Assembly (NCBI GenBank): GCA_951406725.2
Contig: OX597835.1
Coordinates: 43,772,001 to 43,836,000 of the forward strand
Reading direction: 5' to 3'
Origin: Octopus vulgaris
Taxonomy: Eukaryota
Length of the DNA stretch: 64,000 bases
Made by a program: the position numbers and the translations under genes. Numbering within the stretch: position 1 is the first letter of the stretch; each line of letters begins with the position of its first letter. The notes beneath the pieces are model-generated. The model did no database searches and was not told the origin of the DNA. It saw nothing but the letters and a program-made list of their open reading frames with translations. Of this stretch, positions 45,353-58,896 are shown piece by piece.

Positions 45353-46912
45353 TAAAAATTGGGAAAAAATGATATTAAGTAGTTGGTATTTGGGAATTCC
45401 TCAATGACTATCGATGGAAGTTTCTGCAAGTATTCATCAATTCCGAGAGATAATTTTGGCAATTTCTGGGTCCTTTATGTAGGGGAAGCCATAATCCGCG
45501 AACCGTAATGGATTAGTCGATTTTCTATTGGATAATGTTATCCACCTTTAAACCTGAAATTTTGAGGTTTCGAAGAGTGTCATCGGAAGTCTGAACGAAC
45601 GTAAATGTTGCCACAATGAGGCTACAATTTTTTGAATTGTCTCGCTGTTGTTTAAAATAGGGACCTCAGCTTGGTAAATTAATATATTTATATGTTAAAA
45701 ATTTCCCAGCGAGAAAATCCCAGGATTTTGCTACAGAAAAGAAAGGAAACGATAGAAAAAAGGATTAGATATTTTCCATTGACAGCGTACCCTATTTCCT
45801 TCAGAATGAACACAAACGAAGTTAATACAATTTGTGTGATATCGTGAGTTTCAGAAGTAGCTAATCGAAGCAGTTCCGTGTGATGCTGCTTTTTACGGAG
45901 AATTTTGAATTAAAACGAAGCGTACGGTTGGGAGATAAGATATTCAGTTAGGGCTCTTTCAAATGTCTTCTGTGTTTATAACGACAATACAAACAGCAGA
46001 GCCCTGGGCGCAAGTTGAAAACTTTCAGAGTGAAAATTCCATCATATGAGGACTTTGTCACAGAAAAAAGAAAAATAATAAAGAAAAAAGAAAAATAATA
46101 AAACCATGCACACAGTTTGGAGATAAGGGTTATTTTAACTGTATACAAGAGTAGAATCTTTCAAGTTGATATAGGGAAGTTTTCCTGTGTTTATAATGGC
46201 TCTAGAAGTAGTAAAGTTTTTGGTGCAACTCTAGATCCCCTTAAGGCTGTTACTACTAAAAATCTTATGATATTTATGGCCTACAGGGAAATGTTTACAT
46301 ATATGGTTTCCGAAAATCTTGGCAGCTTTGGAACTAACTCTTAAACGATATGGAGTTTTAAATATCATATACTTCATTTCATACACGCATATTATATACA
46401 CATACATATAAACATGGCTACATACATATACACACATACGCAAACACACATACGCATACACACACACACTCACACACAATACTTTTTTAATGTAACTAAT
46501 AAAAAAACTAAACAAATATACGAATGAAACTAAATACGAAGATATAAACATGCCCAGAAATACAAAAAAAAAATGAAAAAAGCGGAGCAGAAACGAAAGT
46601 AGAAAGCAAGGAGACGACATCAAAGTAGGGAGAAAATGGCCAACTAACAAAGCACTTCCGGTTAATTTGTAGGACACACACACACCTTAGGTTTAGCCCA
46701 GTTACATTCAACAAACATTAAGTGTAGTCATTGATTTGCTCCATCCCGTTTTAATGGTTATACAATACATACTGTATACTTATAAACATACATACATTGT
46801 GTATGTATATATATATATATATATGTCTGTGTGTAAATTATATACCTATGTATATATATATATATACAGATATATATACACAGATAAATGCTTACATATA
46901 CACATAAATATG

Positions 46913-46980
<68 letters not shown>

Positions 46981-47019
46981 GTCTATCTGTCTGTCTGTCT
47001 ACCTATCTGTATATCTATT

Positions 47020-47056
<37 letters not shown>

Positions 47057-47117
47057 GTCTGTCTGTCTACCTATCTGTATATCTATTTCTCTCTCTCTCT
47101 CTCTCTCTATCTATCAA

Positions 47118-47156
<39 letters not shown>

Positions 47157-47217
47157 GTCGGTCTGTCTGTCTACCTATCTGCATATATATTTCTTTCTCT
47201 CTCTCTTTCTCTCTTTT

Positions 47218-47317
<100 letters not shown>

Positions 47318-47650
47318 CAGGGAATAATAATATTAAATATATTCCTTACATATTGCCAGGAGAAATGCTTCACAATTTCAATTGATTGAATCGGAAACAC
47401 TGCTATGCAATATTTCAGTATGTGTGCATGTATGAATACACGCATGCATGCAACTATACATTTATATGGGTTTGTATGTACATATTTATGTAAGTATGTG
47501 TTTATAGATGTAACTTTGTACGTATGTATGCATGCTTGTATCTATGGCTGCTATTTAAGCTGTTATGTTCTGTATTACAACGTATGCGTTCATCATAATG
47601 GAAATCTAAGCATCAGTATAGATATGCACAGATAGACACACATACGTGTG

Positions 47651-47731
<81 letters not shown>

Positions 47732-47788
47732 CATATATATATATAAATATTTGTGTAGACATACACATGTACATACATGGATAGATCT

Positions 47789-47821
<33 letters not shown>

Positions 47822-48134
47822 TATATATACATACATACATGCATACACATACACGCACGCACACACGCACGTGCGCACACGCACACATATTTACTATTAT
47901 TTAGTATGTTCCGTCGACTTACATTTAAAAGTTGGTCATTGACAATGTATTCTGAATAAAACCAAGAGAACTATTCTTTCGCAGTTGACATAAATGTGTA
48001 GCATTAGGAAATATATACACACACACACTTATATGCATTCATACATATATATTTACATGCATTCATACAAACAGCCATATATAGACATGCATATGTATAA
48101 TGTATCTATACACACTTAGGCACGCATATAAATA

Positions 48135-48194
<60 letters not shown>

Positions 48195-48540
48195 CAGACA
48201 CGGATCATCGTGAGATGATCAACAAAGACAAGTGCCATTGTTGAAGTGTAGACACAAGAACAAATCCATATTAAAGAATTCTTTTCAAATAACAACGCGA
48301 AAGAACCCCTTTGATATAAAAGCAGAAAACACGTAAAATCGCAGTGTCATACCTGTCCACAAAATTGACCAATGACCAAAGTCACACAGAGAGAAAGAAA
48401 GTGAGAGAAAGAGAGAGAGGGTGAAGAAAGAGAAAGAAAATGGGACGATTGATAGTTGTGACTGGCACGAGTGGAATGACATTTGGAGCATAAGGCTGCA
48501 AGATGAGAGGCTTACCCAAGGTAAATGGAAGCAGTAGTAC

Positions 48541-48638
48541 TCTTTTTGCCGAAACGCTAAGTGACGGGGACGTAAGCACACCAACATAAGTTGTCAAGCA
48601 ATGGTAGGGATACAAACACAGACACACAAAACATACAT

Positions 48639-48699
<61 letters not shown>

Positions 48700-48855
48700 T
48701 ACACACATACACACAAGCACACACATATGACGGGTTTCTTTCAGTTCCTGTCTACCAAATTCACTCACAAGGCTTTGGTTCGTCTGAGGCCATAGTAAAA
48801 GACACTTGTCCAAGGTCCCACGCCGTGGGACTGAAGCTTCTTACCACACAGCCAT
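48541..48855 (-). mobile_element. SINE family A, partial
   Basis: Nearly identical to 45056-45340. Confidence 0.85.
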
Positions 48856-49214
48856 AATTATATCATAGCGGAGATGGCAGACCGCAAAGACGATAAGCTA
48901 TCGAACTACCGACGTTAAATGGTCACACATTTAAATTGCCATGATCAGAGCGACAATTTTGTCTGCCTAGTCAGAGTATTACCTAGGGCTAAATACAACG
49001 ACCGCCGACATAAAACGGTCAGAAATTCGCATGTGATTGCTGTCAGTGTTGTCTAATTTCTGTGAAGAATTTAGTGCTTGTTTGAGAGCTGTAATCTTTT
49101 ACTAGTTATCTGATGGAATTACTTATACTTATCACTCGTCTTGTAGAATTTCCAACAGAAGTGAAACGAGCAGAAGGCGCCGATAAGATGTTTTAGCTTC
49201 GAGTAAATGAATGA

Positions 49215-49245
<31 letters not shown>

Positions 49246-49834
49246 TGTATGTATGTATGTATGTATGTATGTATGTATGTATGTATGTATGTGCGTATGT
49301 ATGTATGTATGTATGTATGTATGTTTGTATGTATGTATGTATGTATGTGCGTATGTATGTGTGTATATATATGTATATATGTATGTAAGGCATGTATGTT
49401 TGTACGTGTGTATGTATGTACGTGTGTGAGTGTATATGTATGTGTGTATGTATATATATATATATATCTGTATATATGTATATATAGATATAATATAGGT
49501 AGCTTGATGCAAACACGTAGTTGCACATATGTACACACAAGCTCAAACACTCACGCACATGTATATATACACACATACATACACACATACATATATATAG
49601 ATACAAATACATATATATATATATATATATATACATGCATGTATATGTAACATGTACACATTCACACATCAAACACTCATCAAACATGTATATATATATG
49701 TATATATATACATGTATATATATGTACATATATATATATATATCTATATATATATATGTATATATATGTACATATATATATATATGTATATATATAGATA
49801 TATATATATATATATATGTATGTATATATAAATG

Positions 49835-49865
<31 letters not shown>

Positions 49866-50123
49866 ATATAAGGGGAGAGGGAGTGAGGGAGGGATAGTAG
49901 AAGGCGACTAACATTAATTTCCTTAATAAAATTTTACTCATGAAATCATATGCTAATTTTTTGTATTTTTTCCGTTTTAACTTTGGCTTTCATTCTTTAC
50001 AGGAAATTTCCAAAAGCTATTTAATTCAGTTCCGTATAATTAATAATAGAAGAAGACTTATTAATTCACAAGTTTAAATTAATACGTATTTGGTTTTGGA
50101 TTATGCTACTTCCAAGAGACGTT

Positions 50124-50183
<60 letters not shown>

Positions 50184-50811
50184 GAGAGAGTGATCGAAGG
50201 GGCGAGAGTGACAGAAAGAGCGATTGACATTCATGTATGTATTTATACACTCTCACATGTATGTACATACTCCCACATACACACACACATGTATATGTTT
50301 GTGTATGTAATTCTGTATGTGTATGTATTAAAAGATATAGTTGTGTACATATTACATGTACATAAATGCAGAATTACTCTTAAACACCCACACACACAAA
50401 CCACAAACATGAATTTCTATCTTAAGTCATAAATCTAGATTACTTTGAAGAGATCTATCCAACTTATTTCAGAAACATTCGTAAAAATCGGTGGTACGCT
50501 GTAGGTCAATATTACCCGACTTTTCAGTTCACAGCATGAAGGTGAAGTATAGCGTCTATCCCTACTTGCAACCAATCTCAGCTCCTAGGACCTTAATCCT
50601 TCCCTAGTTTATGAAACCTATTTCAGTGCGTAAGACGAAACAAAATGTTAATTGCGAGATAAATTAACTTTCCTATCAAATCGATTATCTGTTAATTCAC
50701 ATTTTTTAATCATTCTGTATTGTCCAGTATTGAATACTTTTGCCAGGTTTTTCCTTTTTTCTCCAAACGAACAGACACGCATTCTCTTACTCTCTCTCTG
50801 TCACACACACA

Positions 50812-51010
50812 CTGGATCTCTTCCTGTCAGGTGTCCCAGATGAACCAACTTCACGGCAGGCGGTGCAGATGAGGGCAGCGGCGTCGAACTCTCTCATGCA
50901 CCAAATGGCAATTGCTAAAAAGCATTCGTGGAGTAAAATCATGTAGCAACACCCATTGGCGGTGCCCCAGCATGGCTACAGCTCGTGAGCTGAAACTAGA
51001 TAAAATAATA
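50812..51010 (+). mobile_element. 3' end of a CR1-group LINE
   Basis: LDLFLSGVPDEPT...RAAASNSLMHQ resembles invertebrate CR1-like ORF2 C-termini; tail ggcggtgccccagcatggc. Confidence 0.7.
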
Positions 51011-51400
51011 AAAAAAAACACACACACAAACAAATACATAATCTTTCGCTTGCATTCACTTCTATATATTTATATTTATAAATATACAGAGAAATCATAT
51101 ACGTCATGTTTGCAAAATATATATCAATTCCCGAAAGAAAAATATAAGTCGGAATAAACCACGTAATATTTACTCCTTAAATATGGGTTTTATCCGACTG
51201 TTTCGTCTTGCTTAAGGCTCTTGAGCAATCGTATACCTTGCTTCTCAAAGTCAACGTGGTCAGTTGACAAATCTTTCGCAAATCACCCCCGTCACAATTA
51301 AATAAGGAAAGGACAGAATCGATAATGAGGTCCTAAATGCTTCTTAAAGAAACAAGGTGTAGAGAATACAACCTTGAATCTGAGACCTAGTTGCCGATTG

Positions 51401-51905
51401 GGCCGAATTAGGATTTACGCACGGCATATAACGTCTCATAACATTTTTAACTTTTGCAATTTTCAGAAAATTTTTGTGAACTTGTGTTTTACACATGAGA
51501 ACTCATATAACCATGAAAAAAAGAATTTTTTTTCGAAATTTTTGTTTATTTATTTATTTATTTTTTTTAGTTTTTGAAATTTTTAAAAAATCACAATTTG
51601 AAATACGGACAATCCGAATTTTTGGCTTAAGTCAATAGACTAGTAAATGTGTTTATGGGGAGAAAGATATTGAAAAAAATCAATACGTTAAGAGTGGCAA
51701 ACAAACGATGAGGTGGTCTTGAAATGTGCTAAAAATAATAGCCAAATACCTCAAATCATACAAAAATTTTTTGTTTTTCTGTTTTTGTATTTTTTTTGTA
51801 TAGTCGTATGAATTCCCGCGTGTAGAACAATTTCGCAAAAATTTTCTAAAAGTTAAAAAGAAAAAGTTGACAGGTTACATAGCGTACGTAAAACAGAATT
51901 TCACC
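51401..51905. mobile_element. MITE with long imperfect TIRs and a probable 8-bp TSD
   Basis: tttacg.acg...tttttaactttt...agaaaatttttg.gaa mirrored at both ends; flanks gccgattg / ggcgattg; GG...CC termini. Confidence 0.6.
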
Positions 51906-52089
51906 GGCGATTGCTAATTCTCTAAGTTCCCCAACAGAACCTTGATAGATTTCAGTCTCTCAATTCTCTCGAAGGAGTTTACCAATCACCAAACACTCAT
52001 CAATCACGCACTTTCGACGTACGATTTATCAGGAATTGTTTATTTGTCACGAAGACCGTAGATTATCTTGTAGTATCTTGGGGAGAAGT

Positions 52090-52476
52090 AATTCTTTTCT
52101 ACTCTAGGCACAAGGCCCGAAATTTTTGCGGAGGGGGCCAGTCGATTACATTGACTCTACTACACAACTGGTACTTAGTCTATCGACCCCTAAAAATGAA
52201 AGGCAAAGTCGACCTCGGCGGAATTTGAGCTCGGAACATAAAGACAGACGAAATACCTATTTCTTTACTGCCCATAAGAGGGCACAAACAAGGACAGACA
52301 AACGGATTAAGTCGATTACATCGACCCCAGTGCGTAACTGGTGCTTATTTAACCGATCCCGAAAGGATGAAAGGCAAAGTTGACCTCGGCGGAATTTGAA
52401 CTCAGAACGTAACAGCAGACGAAATACTGCTTAGCATTTCGTCCAGCGTGCTAACGTTTCTGCCAGCTCGCCGCCT
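52090..52476 (-). mobile_element. SINE family B, one head plus two body units
   Basis: TSD agaagtaatt; junction aaagaaata-ggtatttcgtc. Confidence 0.88.
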
Positions 52477-52821
52477 TCTGGATAGAAGTAATTGAGAACA
52501 ACATGAACAGAGTTTCGCAGAAGTCACGGAGAATAGAATGCAATTGCTTTCTGGAGTTGTACGAACGAATATTAGTAGCAGTTACAATATGGCATGATTA
52601 AGCTGGCCAGTGAAGGGATAATGTGAAAGAATCGGAGAAAAGAACAGAATGAGCCTGAAGACCATTATCACCAGAAAGAATTCTTAGAAGTGAGGTCTTT
52701 AGAAATGGAAGAAAAAGACTCTTATGAGAGTAAGTAATACAGACTGGACCCTTAAAACAAATCTAACCTACTTCCTTCCATTTTCACTATCTTTTTACAA
52801 TTAGGTTAATGATAAAATCAC

Positions 52822-53220
52822 TTTTATTCTCTTAGTGGTTTCAGCCAGAGGCTTGGGCCATGCTGGAGTACCGCCTGTTTTGGGGTTTCCTTTAGGTACT
52901 GTATTTGGCGAAGAAGCGAGTTGAACGTAGCTGTTTTTCTTTGTTCCTCCTGCCGTGATGTTGGCACCAGACCTGATGTTGATGACTTTTTTCGACGAAC
53001 AGGATGAAAGCATCTTCTCCGATGGGTTCCAAGCACTGTAACACCGATTGAAGAAGGATTGGGGACAACAAGGGGTACCATGTTGAAGAATATATATATA
53101 TATATATATATATATAATGTGATCTCTTCTAGGATTTCAGATAAAAAATTTGTCCAGGTGCTTTCCGAAAGTTTCCTCATCTACACCTCGTAGATCTCTA
53201 AGCTTCCTTGGCAGGATGCG
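52822..53220 (-). mobile_element. CR1-group LINE 3' fragments
   Basis: Minus ILPRKLRDLRGVDEETFGKHLDKF (53130-53220) and PTSRQEEQRKTATFNSLLRQ plus ggcggtactccagcatggc tail (52822-52975). Confidence 0.65.
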
Positions 53221-53562
53221 TATACTTGAAGCAAGTTGATGAATTCAAACTGTTTCATAATTTGATGAGAAATAATTTAATTATAATTTGATCTTGTTTT
53301 ACTTATTCTATCCTAACTTTAGAACACAATGCGAAACATCCCATTGTATGAAGCTATCTAAAGTGATGAAGCACTTGGAGACTGTCTGCACGTTCAATGG
53401 ATTTGGCGATGTCTATCACTCTCATTTATATTCGCATCACTCTTGAATAATAGCTTGTATCTCTATTCATGCTACTTAGATATGACTCTATTTACCGTTG
53501 TTTCCTTTAGCGCTGCATTTTTAGGAACGTATCTAGAATGCCAAGCGTAAAATTCTCCTATA

Positions 53563-54057
53563 CAGGAATCCCTCACCATATCGCGGTTCACCCATCGCGG
53601 TTCACCCATCGCGGTTCACCCATCGCGGTATATTATTTAAGCTTAAGGCGGCGAGCTGGCAGAAACGTTAGCACGCCGGGCGAAATGCTTAGCGGTATTT
53701 CGTCTGTCTTTACGTTCTGAGTTCAAATTCCGCCGTGGTCGACTTTGCCTTTCATCCTTTCGGGGTCGATTAAATAAGTACCAGTTACGCACTGGGGTCG
53801 ATATAATCGACTTAATCCGTTTGTCTGTCCTTGTTTGTCTCCTCTGTGTTTGGCCCCTTGTGGGTAATAAAGAAATAGGTATATTATTTAAGCTTACGTC
53901 GATTCTTCCACATTTTGTTTTGCATTTATCATAAAATAAATATATACAAATCATAAAAATAATTAAAAATACAGTACAGTACAGTTTCTACTTCATGGAT
54001 TTTCACATATTGCGAGGGGTTTTGGAGCGTAACACCGCGATAGTCGAGGGTTTACTG
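53563..54057. mobile_element. pogo/Tigger-like MITE with SINE B nested inside
   Basis: ta-caggaatccctc..atcgcg / cgcgatagtcgagggtttactg; 14-bp tandem atcgcggttcaccc x3. Confidence 0.6.
53647..53880 (+). mobile_element. SINE family B with 19-bp TSD
   Basis: ggtatattatttaagctta at 53627-53645 and 53878-53896. Confidence 0.93.
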
Positions 54058-54115
54058 ACATACATACATACATACATACATACATACATACATACATACA
54101 TACATACATACATAC

Positions 54116-54678
54116 ATCTACAGTTATTCTATCCAGATTACAAGTTCAGGTTTATATCTGTAATTATTGGTGCCCTGGGATATGTACCACACTGCCTAAA
54201 TACCGATCTTGAGAAATTAGGCTTCTCAAAACCGGAAAGGAGAAAACTAATTCGCAGACTACAGATCCAAACCATCCCCGGAACTGTAAAAATCTGTAAA
54301 ACTTTCCAGAAGTTTATCATTTAAATATATATATGAGCATGTTTAGATATGCAACTATATGCATGAGAATACATACATAAAGTAAAACATACACATCTGC
54401 ACATATACATACATACATACATGCATACATACATACATACATACATACACACACACATACATACATACATGCATACATACATACATACACACACATACAT
54501 ACATACATGCATACATACATACACACACACATACATACATACATACATACATACATACATACACACACACACATACATACATACATGCATACATACATAC
54601 ATACACACACATACATACACACACACATACATACATACATACATACATACATACATACATACATACATACATACTGTT
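54116..54678 (+). mobile_element. 5'-truncated RLE non-LTR element in (TACA)n
   Basis: LQLFYPDYKFRFISVIIGALGYVPHCLNTDLEKLGF...GTVKICKTFQKFII* (IIGALG RLE C-terminal motif). Confidence 0.8.
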
Positions 54679-55212
54679 ATGGGAGACTCGTGAATACACC
54701 CACGTGACTGAAGGTGGATTAAACGATTACAATAAATAAGAACCGAATGAACTGTCTGTGAGCGTAGGTGACGGTGTCAGTTCGACCGTGTTGGTTTAAC
54801 AGTCGGTAGTTGAACTGTGAATGCTGTGTATCGTACCCACGTTCGAGTAGTACGGAGTGCGCTCTGTGTTAACATATTTTTTGCGATAGGTTATTTTTAT
54901 ATTTTTATATAACCACAACCAACTATTTATTTGTGTAATACCATTTTACACCAGACGTGTATACCCACGCCATAATATATACACACAACTACTTACAATA
55001 ATTCATACACTAACATACATAAGTTAAGCTTGGAGAGAACATCATTACAAATTTATAGCGTCTTTACAGATGTTTCGGTGAGTGTTTCAAGAAAGATTAT
55101 ATAAGGATTTCCTTACATAAACTTTCACATCATTAGAAGTGCTATACGAAATAGGGTCTATTTGAACTCTGTTCTCCCTCTCTCTCTCTATATATATCTA
55201 TATATATATCTA

Positions 55213-55362
<150 letters not shown>

Positions 55363-55457
55363 GCTCATAAGCTGAAACTGGAAAAATCAAAATCAAAATC
55401 AAATATATACATACACACATGCACGCGCGCGTGTTTATTTATATATATATATATATA

Positions 55458-56662
55458 CAACGGGAAGCTTTATGAAAATAGACAAAAGACGAAGGCAGGT
55501 GGAAAACAAACAAACAATTGTATTAGTATGGCGCTCAGGAAATATAAATAAAACAAGTCTTTAACGTTTCGAGCCTACGCTCTTCAACAGAAAGATACAC
55601 AGAGAGAAAAAAAAACACAGAAAGAAGGAGAGAAAAAAATGCGTGCAGTAACTAACGAATCAACATGGCGATCTGATTTCGGCCAGAGGTCAAAGATCAA
55701 ACATGAGACGCGAGAGCGAAATAAGGGGAGATAATAGGGTTGATAATAGGGTTGAATGACCAGCTATTAGTGCGTAGGACAGGTCTGGACGTGTGTATGT
55801 ATAGGGTTGGTGTATGTATTAGTATATATTAGTATGTATAAGGGTGTGTGTGTGTGTGTGTGTGTATGAGAGAGTATTAGTGCGTAGGATAGGTCTGGAC
55901 GTGCGTATGTATGGGGTTGGTGTATGTATTAGTATATATTAGTATGTATTAGTACGTATTAGTATGTATAAGTGTGTGTGTGTGTGTATGAGAGAGTATA
56001 AGTGCGTATGAGGGGTCTGGACGTGTGTATGTATAGGGTTGGTGTATGTATTAGTATGTATTAGTACGTATTAGTATGTATTAGTTGGTGTATGTATTAG
56101 TATGGCACATCATATATGATGTGATGTGTAAAGTCGTGTGGTGTAGTGAGGAGAAGAGGGGGAGGGGGAGAAGAGGGGGATGAGAAGGGGAGGGGAAGAA
56201 GAGGGGGGGGAGAGAGGAGGGGGAGGAAGGAGGAGGAAGGAGGAAAGAGGGAGAGGGAGAGAGAGAAGGAGAGTGAGGGAGCAGAGGGAAGGGGAAGAGG
56301 GAAGGAGGGAGGGAGAAAGAGGGAAGAAGGGAAGGGGAGTAGGTGTGAAAGGATGAAGGACTGAAGAAGTAGGGGTCGGGGGGGGGGAAGGATAGGTGAG
56401 GAGGGGGGGGGGGGGGGGGTTAGATTAGGGGGGAGGGGGTTAGATGAGGAGGGGGAGAGTTGAGACCAAATGGCGTATAAGAGCGAAGAGAGAAGATTAA
56501 TTCCTGTTCACGGCGCAAACGGGAATCCGGATGGCCTCTGTGTAAGGACAAACCGAACACAGATAGGTGTTGCAAGGAGTGACCGGTGGAGCGGAAATGG
56601 CGTGAGACCGGTGTGTCATTCGCAAGGTGGATGTCACGAAGGTGTTCCGCGAACCGGTCAAA
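55458..56662 (-). mobile_element. Penelope-like element, 5'-truncated
   Basis: Minus 56660-56455 encodes DRFAEHLRDI...PVSRHF...HS...RREQELIFSLRSYTPFGLN (GIY-YIG C-terminus of PLEs); 3' region carries tandem repeats and a hammerhead. Confidence 0.88.
55558..55595 (-). ncRNA. Minimal type I hammerhead ribozyme motif, variant core CUGUUGA
   Basis: ucuuu-CUGUUGA-a-gagc(guag)gcuc-GAAA-cg-UU-aaaga, in the expected PLE terminal position. Confidence 0.7.
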
Positions 56663-57059
56663 CGTATCTATCTATCTTTCTATAATTTGTATCATCTTGT
56701 CCAAGAACAGATGTTTGATTATTTTCGCCGCCCACATGTAGCTTCGCGTCTCTGTGCTCGCAAGTGGAGGAGGCGTAGGCACACGCTGCCTCTTCACACT
56801 CTCATGCTTTAGAGCTCCATTGAAAGAAAGCAAAAAGCAAAAAAAAACAAAAACAAGACGAATACAAAACAATGATCGACATGACAAGTTGATACATCTG
56901 TAGATCATTGGATTATTGTGAGAAGGAATTGTGCGCTAGGTATGTCATCCTCTAAGTATCCACCGTTAAATAAACAGTGACAAGCAGAGAGATGACAGCT
57001 GACGATGTCGAGCGCAGCTTTTATAGGAGAAGACCTCCTCGAATTTTCCAATAGATACT

Positions 57060-57910
57060 TGTTCACAATTTAGTAAGTGCTTGATTTGATCTTTTCACAT
57101 CTCAATGTGGTTTTAATGCGCGTCCAAAAACTTACCGATTTTTATCTTTGCGGATAATGTTAAACCTATTTCGACCATAGGTTTTATCTCAGAGAAATTT
57201 CCCCTCAAAATTTCTCTAATACAAAAAAGTTGTATATATAAGTATGTAGGTGTTTGATACGGGCGTTTGCGTTCTCTAAGTAATTTTATTTTCACTGTAA
57301 ATGCCACCAAGCCTGTTTTAACCGTAATGTACCTTCTTGAATTTTGCAATGAAATGTTGTATTGAAGGTTGTAGGTGATTGATTTAAGCGTTTGACTTCT
57401 CTACGCGGTTTTACTGAGCACCTAAAATCTGACCGATTTTTATCTCCGCAGTAAATGTTAGGCCTATTTCGATCACAGGTTTTATATCAGAAATTCCCCT
57501 TTGAAATTCCCTCAATAAAAGGTTGTATACAAGTCAGTTGGGGTTTCATATCGATGTTTGCATTCGCTACGTGGTTTTAGTGGACGACCAAAAACTGAAC
57601 GAATTTTACTTTCGCTGTAAATGCTACTCCAGAGAACCTTTTTGGATTTTTCAATAAAAGGTTGTATTCAATGCCGTACGGGTTTGATTTAAGCGTTTCA
57701 CGTCTCTTCTTGGTTTTAATGCACTCCCCGAAAACTTGCCGAGTTTTATCATCGCGTTCGCGATATCAGGCCTATATCGACCACAGGTTTTATACCATAG
57801 AAATTTCCCCTTGAAATTGCCTATAAAAATCAATAGGGGTTTGATATGGACGTTTGCCTTCCTACGTAGCTTTACTGTGCGTCCAAAAACTAACCGAAAT
57901 TTATTTTACA
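57060..57910. repeat. Diverged tandem repeat, ~150-bp units, 5-6 copies
   Basis: Recurring ggtttta.tg...aaa.ct..ccga.ttttat, cctatttcga.cacaggttttat, gttgtat. Confidence 0.75.
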
Positions 57911-58135
57911 CAAAGTTCTGAAATCAAGAGTAGAGATAAAAGCAAGTATTTAGTAAAACGACACATGAAGACTGTTGCTTTGATAGATTTACGGGACTAT
58001 ACATACATATATGCATACATACACACACACAAACGAAACAGAGTACCTTAAATTTACAGTTCTATATTTAAGAGATGAGGAATTATGTACTTTATTTACA
58101 ATTGACGGATATTTGTCCTCATCTTGTTTGTTGTT

Positions 58136-58182
58136 AACACAACGTTTCGGTTGATATACTCTCCAGCCTTCATCAGGTATCT
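58136..58182 (-). ncRNA. Minimal type I hammerhead ribozyme motif
   Basis: gauac-CUGAUGA-a-ggcug(10 nt)caacc-GAAA-cg-UU-guguu. Confidence 0.75.
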
Positions 58183-58259
58183 TGGGGAAATTTCGAACCT
58201 GGGTTCTCATTCCTAAGGTATTTTTCGATGTTGTTGTTGTTATTGTTATTATTATTATT

Positions 58260-58763
58260 GAGTGAGAGAGCCATCAAAGTGACACTGGGGTAAAATATAC
58301 GAAGCCCAATATACCCATCATGACTGCCCGTCTGATAAGGGTACACCAGGCACATGCATCACAACCAAATGTGCGCGACATGGTGATCTCATATCAAGAT
58401 AAACAGCACATGACCTTGCAGGTGGGGCCCAGTTAGAATTTTCTTCAGGTTGAGTAGCCCATCCCGCTCAAAAGGTCCCTGAATAAGGGTTGTTTAAGGA
58501 TGTTGAAAGAACCACCCATGTTTCCAGAGGTGAATTATTCAAACCCCAAAGAATCCCTCTCAACACATGGCTATGATGCTCCCCCACTACTTCTGCTCGT
58601 GATCAGAGATGCACATATCGTCAGCCACTAAGGGACATGCTCAACTGGTTAAGGTTAAACAACTGACAAGCAAATCTGTGGTATTGAGCAGAATATTTGC
58701 TGTAGCCCATCTTTTATACCAAGACAAAACAATGTACATGATAACACTTCCAATCAGTTAAGA

Positions 58764-58765
<2 letters not shown>
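58260..58765 (-). mobile_element. Dong-like 3' UTR copy in (TAA)n
   Basis: Longest copy of the 10939/32842/34005 family. Confidence 0.75.
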
Positions 58766-58812
<47 letters not shown>

Positions 58813-58896
58813 CGTCACAGTTTGGAATCGAACTCAGACTCTTGGGGTTAGTAGTCCGTACTCTTAACCTCTACGCCCCAAAAATAATTATATCTG

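Larger units (their letters stand above)
58059..58879 (-). mobile_element. tRNA-headed SINE-like element with (AAT)n linker and hammerhead tail; Dong-like UTR nested at 58260-58765
   Basis: Head 58879-58811 with A box ggcgtagagg and B box gagttcgattcc; hammerhead at 58136-58182. Confidence 0.78.

Noticed and set aside
53579-53628. Short direct repeats as a CRISPR-like array
   Set aside because: 14-bp tandem units without spacers inside a eukaryotic MITE.
54675-55015. Solo LTR with tgtta...taaca ends
   Set aside because: No 4-6-bp TSD, and the leading tgtt matches the neighbouring LINE UTR (cf. ~14490).
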